DNA of 22,216 nucleotides from a virus (Duplodnaviria; Heunggongvirae; Uroviricota; Caudoviricetes): IMG/VR virus record IMGVR_UViG_2681813161_000004; one strand, 5' to 3'. Shown piece by piece: positions 17,599 to 22,216 of this stretch (position 1 is its first letter; each line of letters starts with the position of its first letter). The notes under the pieces were generated by a model. It saw only the letters and a program-made list of their open reading frames with translations, ran no database searches and was not told where the DNA came from. The position numbers and the translations under genes were made by a program.

Positions 17599-18339
17599 TT
17601 ATGGTGCGCTGACGGTCACCGCAGCCACTGCCACAAACTCTCCGTCAGAGGTCATGCCCACGATGCTGACACTGCCCTGCTTCACGCCTGTCACCGTGGC
17701 CACAAGCCCGCTCAGGGTCACCGAAGCAGTCTGAGGATCTGACGAATGCACACTGATCGCTTTGTCACTGGCCCCGTCAGGTTTTACTGTAAAGGTCAGT
17801 GTGGTGGTTGCTCCCGCTTTGACACTGACAGATGCCGGTGCCACCGTCAGTCCGGTAACACCCACGGTTTCAGCGCCCTCCTCTGCCAGATACGGACGCC
17901 CCACACCGCTGATTTTTACAGTACGGGTCATCACCTCTTTTGAGGTAATGGTTTTACCCAGTGAACTCAGCCAGCCACGGAAAACATCAACCGTACCGTT
18001 GGGGTATTTGATACGAAACGCGCAGACTTCACCGGAATCGAACAACTGAACCAGTTTTTTCTGCCCGCTGTCACCCGGACGCCAGGCCAGCGTCGCCAAA
18101 GTATCACCGACGGATTTCTGCCCCTGGGTTGTCGTTTTCCAGTCTGCATCTTCATCATCGAGATAAGTGTCATCTTCTGCATCAGCGGTCATTTCGCCAG
18201 GTTGCAGATCCTTCACCATCGCAAGACGCAGCCAGTCAGTGTCCGACAAAGGGTTCGCAAACGCATCGCCCTTGCCGGTGTACATCCAGAACGTCGTTCC
18301 CGCACCTTTCGTCTTTGCCAGTGGATTTGGTGTGGTCAT
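17599..18339 (-). CDS. V: Major tail protein V (with C-terminal Ig-like domain)
   Basis: From the ATG at 18339 (RBS AAGGAGGTG): MTTPNPLAKTKGAGTTFWMYTGKGDAFANPLSDTDWLRLAMVKDL...YLDDEDADW...NGTVDVFRGW..., matching lambda V from recall. The ORF-track upstream extension (MIMRWPPGRWRKSRTRSR...) is rejected. Confidence 0.93.
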   Translation of the reverse strand: MTTPNPLAKTKGAGTTFWMYTGKGDAFANPLSDTDWLRLAMVKDLQPGEMTADAEDDTYLDDEDADWKTTTQGQKSVGDTLATLAWRPGDSGQKKLVQLFDSGEVCAFRIKYPNGTVDVFRGWLSSLGKTITSKEVMTRTVKISGVGRPYLAEEGAETVGVTGLTVAPASVSVKAGATTTLTFTVKPDGASDKAISVHSSDPQTASVTLSGLVATVTGVKQGSVSIVGMTSDGEFVAVAAVTVSAP

Positions 18340-18349
18340 TGCCACCTCC

Positions 18350-18751
18350 TTAATTCGTGTACGTGATCTGGTACGTGATTTCCGCCATCGCCCAGGTGGC
18401 CATCTCATTATCACGTTGATAGTTAAAACCGAGTGGGATCATGGTGTCGATGAGTCCGGAAAGCACCGGAATATCCTTCATGGCCGGAAATATGGTGTTC
18501 TCCATCCACGTATCCAGCTCAGAATCCGGCGCCTGTGCACGGACGAAAACGGCAATATGCAGAACAGCCTGCCAGTCGTCCTCATCCGTCATTTTTCCGG
18601 TGTACTGCGCATCACTCAGCCACACCGCCACGGCGGGCAGTTCCTGCGCATCAATAAATGCCGGAAGCCCGTCAAAAAGCACGACATTCCCCCCGCATTC
18701 GCCCTTCAGGCTTGCCAGTACTGCCTGGCGGATTTGTGTGTGCCTGTTCAT
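18350..18751 (-). CDS. U: Tail terminator protein U
   Basis: 133-aa ORF ...FDGLPAFIDAQELPAVAVWLSDAQYTG...PDSELDTWMEN...ITYQITY, matching lambda U from recall; start overlaps the Z stop (ATGA). Confidence 0.9.
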   Translation of the reverse strand: MNRHTQIRQAVLASLKGECGGNVVLFDGLPAFIDAQELPAVAVWLSDAQYTGKMTDEDDWQAVLHIAVFVRAQAPDSELDTWMENTIFPAMKDIPVLSGLIDTMIPLGFNYQRDNEMATWAMAEITYQITYTN

Positions 18752-19335
18752 CCCAAATGTATCCTCAGTTGCTGTTTCAGGGCATACCCCAGCTGTTTCG
18801 GCATTTCCGCGGCAATGATGCGGTCGCGGGCATCCTCAAATGCCTGTGTCAGCGGTCCGGCCAGCGGAATTTTCACAACCTCCACGGGCAGACGATTTTT
18901 TCTGGGCCGCCCCTTACTGTCCTTTCCTGTTTCAAAACACGCTTCAGGAAGACGCCTGAGAACATGCCAGCGACCGTTCGCCAGCTGCTGGATAAACGCA
19001 CCACGAAAAAAGTATTTCCCCACCTTCAGTCCGTCACCGGCACGCCGGCATGTTGTGCCAAGCTTAATGGCGGGCAGATTGCCCCGGTTAACACGGATAC
19101 GGGCATACATTTTTCCTGCCGGACTGGCTTTAAATACCCGGACGCGCTGACGCACCAGTTTCAGGGGGCCCCCCTTCACCTGGTTATCTCCCGCAACGGT
19201 ATTCCTGGCGACCTGCCGGGTGGCAACCGAGACAACTTTTGCAGCAACCCGGTTTACTGCCCATGCGCTGGCCTGCGGCACCATACGGGTATCAAGACTG
19301 TTCAGATTGCGGATGGCATTCTCAAGCCCCCTCAT
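18748..19335 (-). CDS. Z: Tail completion protein Z
   Basis: 195-aa ORF MRGLENAIRNLNSL...AVNRVAAKVVSVATRQVAR...GAFIQQLANGRWHV...VVKIP...LGYALKQQLR, matching lambda Z from recall. Confidence 0.88.
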   Translation of the reverse strand: MRGLENAIRNLNSLDTRMVPQASAWAVNRVAAKVVSVATRQVARNTVAGDNQVKGGPLKLVRQRVRVFKASPAGKMYARIRVNRGNLPAIKLGTTCRRAGDGLKVGKYFFRGAFIQQLANGRWHVLRRLPEACFETGKDSKGRPRKNRLPVEVVKIPLAGPLTQAFEDARDRIIAAEMPKQLGYALKQQLRIHLG

Positions 19336-19469
19336 AATATCCCCCTGCCCTTACGTTTCCTGCTCCTTCACGCCGCAACCGGATATAACTACATCCGCCG
19401 TCATCAGGAGTAATACGATCCACGCTGAAAGACTCCCGGCCAATCATCAGCGAATCATTGCGACACAGC
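19322..19469 (-). pseudogene. FII: 3' fragment of the FII-like head-tail joining gene, 5' part removed at the IS66-family element boundary
   Basis: - strand frame open from the IS boundary: ...AMIGRESFSVDRITPDDGGCSYIRLRREG..., compare the lambda FII C-terminus ...TLTIGEENFWVDRVSPDDGGSCHLWLGRG from recall; no start codon; frame ends 11 nt inside Z. Confidence 0.6.
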
Positions 19470-19566
19470 TGTAAAATATCGTAAGCGTAAACTGACCGCC
19501 GTATGTAGCCATTAAGCCTGTATTGGTAACGTAGGTGCCCACCTTTTCAACTAGTGGACACCTGTT

Positions 19567-19986
19567 ATGGAACAGAAAGCATTATCTGCAGAACCCCGCA
19601 GATCATTTTCAAATGAGTTTAAACTTCAAATGGTTAAACTGGCTTCACAACCAGGAGCCTCTGTTGCCCGTATTGCCCGGGAACACGATATCAATGATAA
19701 CCTGCTGTTCAAATGGCTCAGGCTCTGGCAGAACGAAGGGCGCATATCGCGGCGTCTTCCGGTAACAACCTCTTCTGACACTGGCGTTGAATTATTACCT
19801 GTGGAGATAACGCCGGATGAGCCGAAAGAACCTGTGGCTGCTCTTACTCCGTCTTTATCTACTCAGACTACAGTTAGTGCCAGCTCCTGCAAGGTGGAGT
19901 TCCGTCACGGTAACATGACGCTGGAAAATCCTTCACCAGAGCTGCTCACAGTGTTGATCCGTGAACTGACCGGGAGGGGACGATGA
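19567..19986 (+). CDS. tnpA: IS66-family accessory protein TnpA
   Basis: 139-aa ORF, first gene of the IS66-type triplet; stop overlaps the tnpB start (ATGA). Confidence 0.8.
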   Translation: MEQKALSAEPRRSFSNEFKLQMVKLASQPGASVARIAREHDINDNLLFKWLRLWQNEGRISRRLPVTTSSDTGVELLPVEITPDEPKEPVAALTPSLSTQTTVSASSCKVEFRHGNMTLENPSPELLTVLIRELTGRGR

Positions 19987-20333
19987 TCTCACTCCCGTCA
20001 GGCACCCGCATCTGGCTCGTTGCTGGGATAACCGATATGCGTAAGTCTTTCAACGGGCTGGGTGAACAGGTACAGCATGTGCTGAATGATAATCCCTTCT
20101 CCGGTCACCTGTTCATCTTCCGTGGCCGACGGGGTGACATGATTAAAATCCTGTGGGCTGATGCTGATGGTCTGTGCCTGTTCACCAGACGCCTGGAGGA
20201 AGGCCAGTTTATCTGGCCTGCTGTGCGTGACGGCAAGGTATCCATTACCCGCTCGCAACTGGCAATGCTCCTCGATAAGCTGGACTGGCGTCAGCCAAAA
20301 ACATCCCGCCTTAATGCACTGACAATGTTGTAA
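19983..20333 (+). CDS. tnpB: IS66-family accessory protein TnpB (IS66 Orf2-like)
   Basis: 116-aa ORF MISLPSGTRIWLVAGITDMRKSFNGLGEQVQ...LFIFRGRRGDMIKILWADADG..., the conserved IS66 Orf2 pattern. Confidence 0.85.
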   Translation: MISLPSGTRIWLVAGITDMRKSFNGLGEQVQHVLNDNPFSGHLFIFRGRRGDMIKILWADADGLCLFTRRLEEGQFIWPAVRDGKVSITRSQLAMLLDKLDWRQPKTSRLNALTML

Positions 20334-20363
20334 AAATGTCATGGCCGGATTATAAAAACGGCC

Positions 20364-21956
20364 ATGAATCAAAAATACCTCATTCGCATTGCAGAACTGG
20401 AATGCCAGCTCCGTCAGAAAGACCAGCAACTGAGTCTGGTTGAAGAGACGGAGGCCTTCCTGCGCTCTGCACTGGCCCGCGCCGAAGAAAAGATCGAAGA
20501 AGATGAACGGGAAATAGAACATCTGCGGGCTCAGATAGAAAAACTGCGCCGGATGCTGTTCGGTACCCGTTCTGAAAAACTGCGTCGTGAAGTTGAACAG
20601 GCTGAGGCCCTGCTGAAACAACGCGAACAGGACAGTGATCGTTACAGTGGGCGGGAAGACGATCCGCAGGTTCCCCGCCAGTTGCGACAGTCTCGTCATC
20701 GTCGCCCGTTACCGGAGCATCTGCCCCGCGAAATAAATCGCCTGGAGCCAGAAGAAAGCTGTTGCCCGGAGTGTGGCGGTGAGCTGGATTATCTGGGGGA
20801 AGTCAGCGCAGAACAACTGGAACTGGTGAGCAGCGCTCTGAAAGTGATCCGCACAGAACGGGTAAAAAAAGCCTGTACAAAATGTGACTGCATCGTTGAA
20901 GCACCGGCACCATCCCGTCCGATAGAGCGTGGTATCGCGGGCCCGGGGTTACTTGCCCGCGTGTTAACGGGAAAATACTGCGAACACCTGCCACTGTATC
21001 GTCAGAGTGAAATTTTTGCCCGTCAGGGTGTCGAACTGAGCCGTGCATTACTCTCCAACTTGGTTGACGCGTGCTGCCAGTTAATGACGCCGCTGAATGA
21101 TGCTCTGTACCGTTATGTAATGAACAGCCGCAAAGTTCACACTGATGACACACCAGTAAAAGTGCTGGCACCGGGCAGGAAGAAGGCGAAAACAGGATAT
21201 ATCTGGACGTATGTCCGGGATGACAGGAATGCCGGTTCGCCAGAGCCTCCGGCGGTCTGGTTCGCCTACTCACCGGACCATCAGGGTAAACATCCGGAGC
21301 AGCACCTTAGTCCCTTCCGGGGTATCCTGCAGGCAGATGCGTTTAATGGTTACGATCGGCTGTTCAGTGCCGAACGAGAAGGCGGCGCGTTGACGGAAGC
21401 AGGATGCTGGGCTCATGCGCGGCGCAAAGTCCACGATGTATATATCAGTACCAAAAGCGCGACAGCGGAAGAAGCCCTGAAACTAATCGGTGAGCTGTAC
21501 GCCATCGAGCACGAAATACGCGGGTTGCCGGTGTCTGAACGCCTGGCGGTCAGGCAAATGCAGAGTAAACCGCTACTGACTTCCCTGTATAAGCTGATGC
21601 AGGAGAAAGAACACACGTTATCGAAAAAATGCCGTCTGAGAGATGCGTTCCGGTATATCAGGAAGCACTGGGTTGCGTTGTGCAACTTCAGTGATGATGG
21701 TCTGGCTGAGGCGGATAATAATGCCGCGGAAAGAGCGCTTCGTGCAGTCTGTCTCGGAAAGAAAAACTTTATGTTCTTCGGCAGCGATCACGGTGGAGAG
21801 CGTGGTGCGCTGCTGTACGGGCTGATCGGCACCTGCCGACTGAACGGTATCGATCCGGAAGCGTATCTGCGCTATATCCTGAGCGTACTGCCGGAATGGC
21901 CTTCCAACCGTGTTGACGAACTCCTGCCATGGAACGTAGCACTCACCAATAAATAA
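20364..21956 (+). CDS. tnpC: IS66-family transposase TnpC
   Basis: 530-aa ORF with N-terminal coiled-coil, Cys cluster CPECGGEL...CTKCDC and a long catalytic domain; third gene of the IS66 triplet. Confidence 0.85.
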   Translation: MNQKYLIRIAELECQLRQKDQQLSLVEETEAFLRSALARAEEKIEEDEREIEHLRAQIEKLRRMLFGTRSEKLRREVEQAEALLKQREQDSDRYSGREDDPQVPRQLRQSRHRRPLPEHLPREINRLEPEESCCPECGGELDYLGEVSAEQLELVSSALKVIRTERVKKACTKCDCIVEAPAPSRPIERGIAGPGLLARVLTGKYCEHLPLYRQSEIFARQGVELSRALLSNLVDACCQLMTPLNDALYRYVMNSRKVHTDDTPVKVLAPGRKKAKTGYIWTYVRDDRNAGSPEPPAVWFAYSPDHQGKHPEQHLSPFRGILQADAFNGYDRLFSAEREGGALTEAGCWAHARRKVHDVYISTKSATAEEALKLIGELYAIEHEIRGLPVSERLAVRQMQSKPLLTSLYKLMQEKEHTLSKKCRLRDAFRYIRKHWVALCNFSDDGLAEADNNAAERALRAVCLGKKNFMFFGSDHGGERGALLYGLIGTCRLNGIDPEAYLRYILSVLPEWPSNRVDELLPWNVALTNK

Positions 21957-21979
21957 GCGTCAATACGGTGCTCCGTTGA

Positions 21980-22216
<237 letters not shown>

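Noticed and set aside
18340-18414. ORF-track N-terminal extension of V (MIMRWPPGRWRKSRTRSRTRIKEVA)
   Set aside because: Overlaps the 3' end of U and runs through the strong RBS AAGGAGGTG that precedes the lambda-like V start at 18339.
18167-19413. Two overlapping + strand ORFs (327 aa and 251 aa) across V, U and Z
   Set aside because: Antisense to three tail genes that each match lambda proteins; Arg/Cys/Pro-rich junk translation.
19998-20699. 233-aa - strand ORF across IS66 tnpB/tnpC
   Set aside because: Antisense to the conserved IS66 genes; most likely spurious.

Overview
This window looks like a Shigella/enteroinvasive E. coli-type chromosomal ipaH island: a decayed lambda-like prophage tail module carrying an intact ipaH type III effector gene, heavily colonised by insertion sequences. 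I found no convincing previously undescribed system; every stretch is accounted for by known families. All homology calls are made by eye against protein sequences recalled from memory; no search was run. Layout, left to right: (1) two IS1 copies in direct orientation (1-753, cut by the window edge, and 1198-1965) flanking a 444-bp chromosomal scrap with the 5' end of a mannitol-dehydrogenase-family gene (ydfI-like) and the 3' end of a transporter gene (ydfJ-like); (2) an AT-rich ipaH cassette on the + strand (CDS 2283-4034, LRR domain plus NEL E3-ligase domain with the catalytic Cys in the CEDR motif), preceded by a near-consensus MxiE box at 2071-2087; (3) on the - strand, a lambda-like tail module in canonical order FII'-Z-U-V-G-T-H-M-L-K-I-J-lom-stf-tail-fibre-associated gene-tfa'. 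The module is broken in several places: an IS600-like IS3-family element sits in the J-lom spacer, an IS66-family element truncates FII with no target-site duplication, and a fragment of a second IS3-family transposase lies at the right edge. Head, lysis and integration genes are absent from the window. Genes L, T and the tail-fibre-associated gene each show an apparent frameshift at a five-C run on the + strand, which is either real decay or homopolymer sequencing error. No rRNA, tRNA or CRISPR array was recognised. The ORF track's long antisense ORFs inside J, H, V-U-Z, ipaH and the IS66 element are treated as artefacts.
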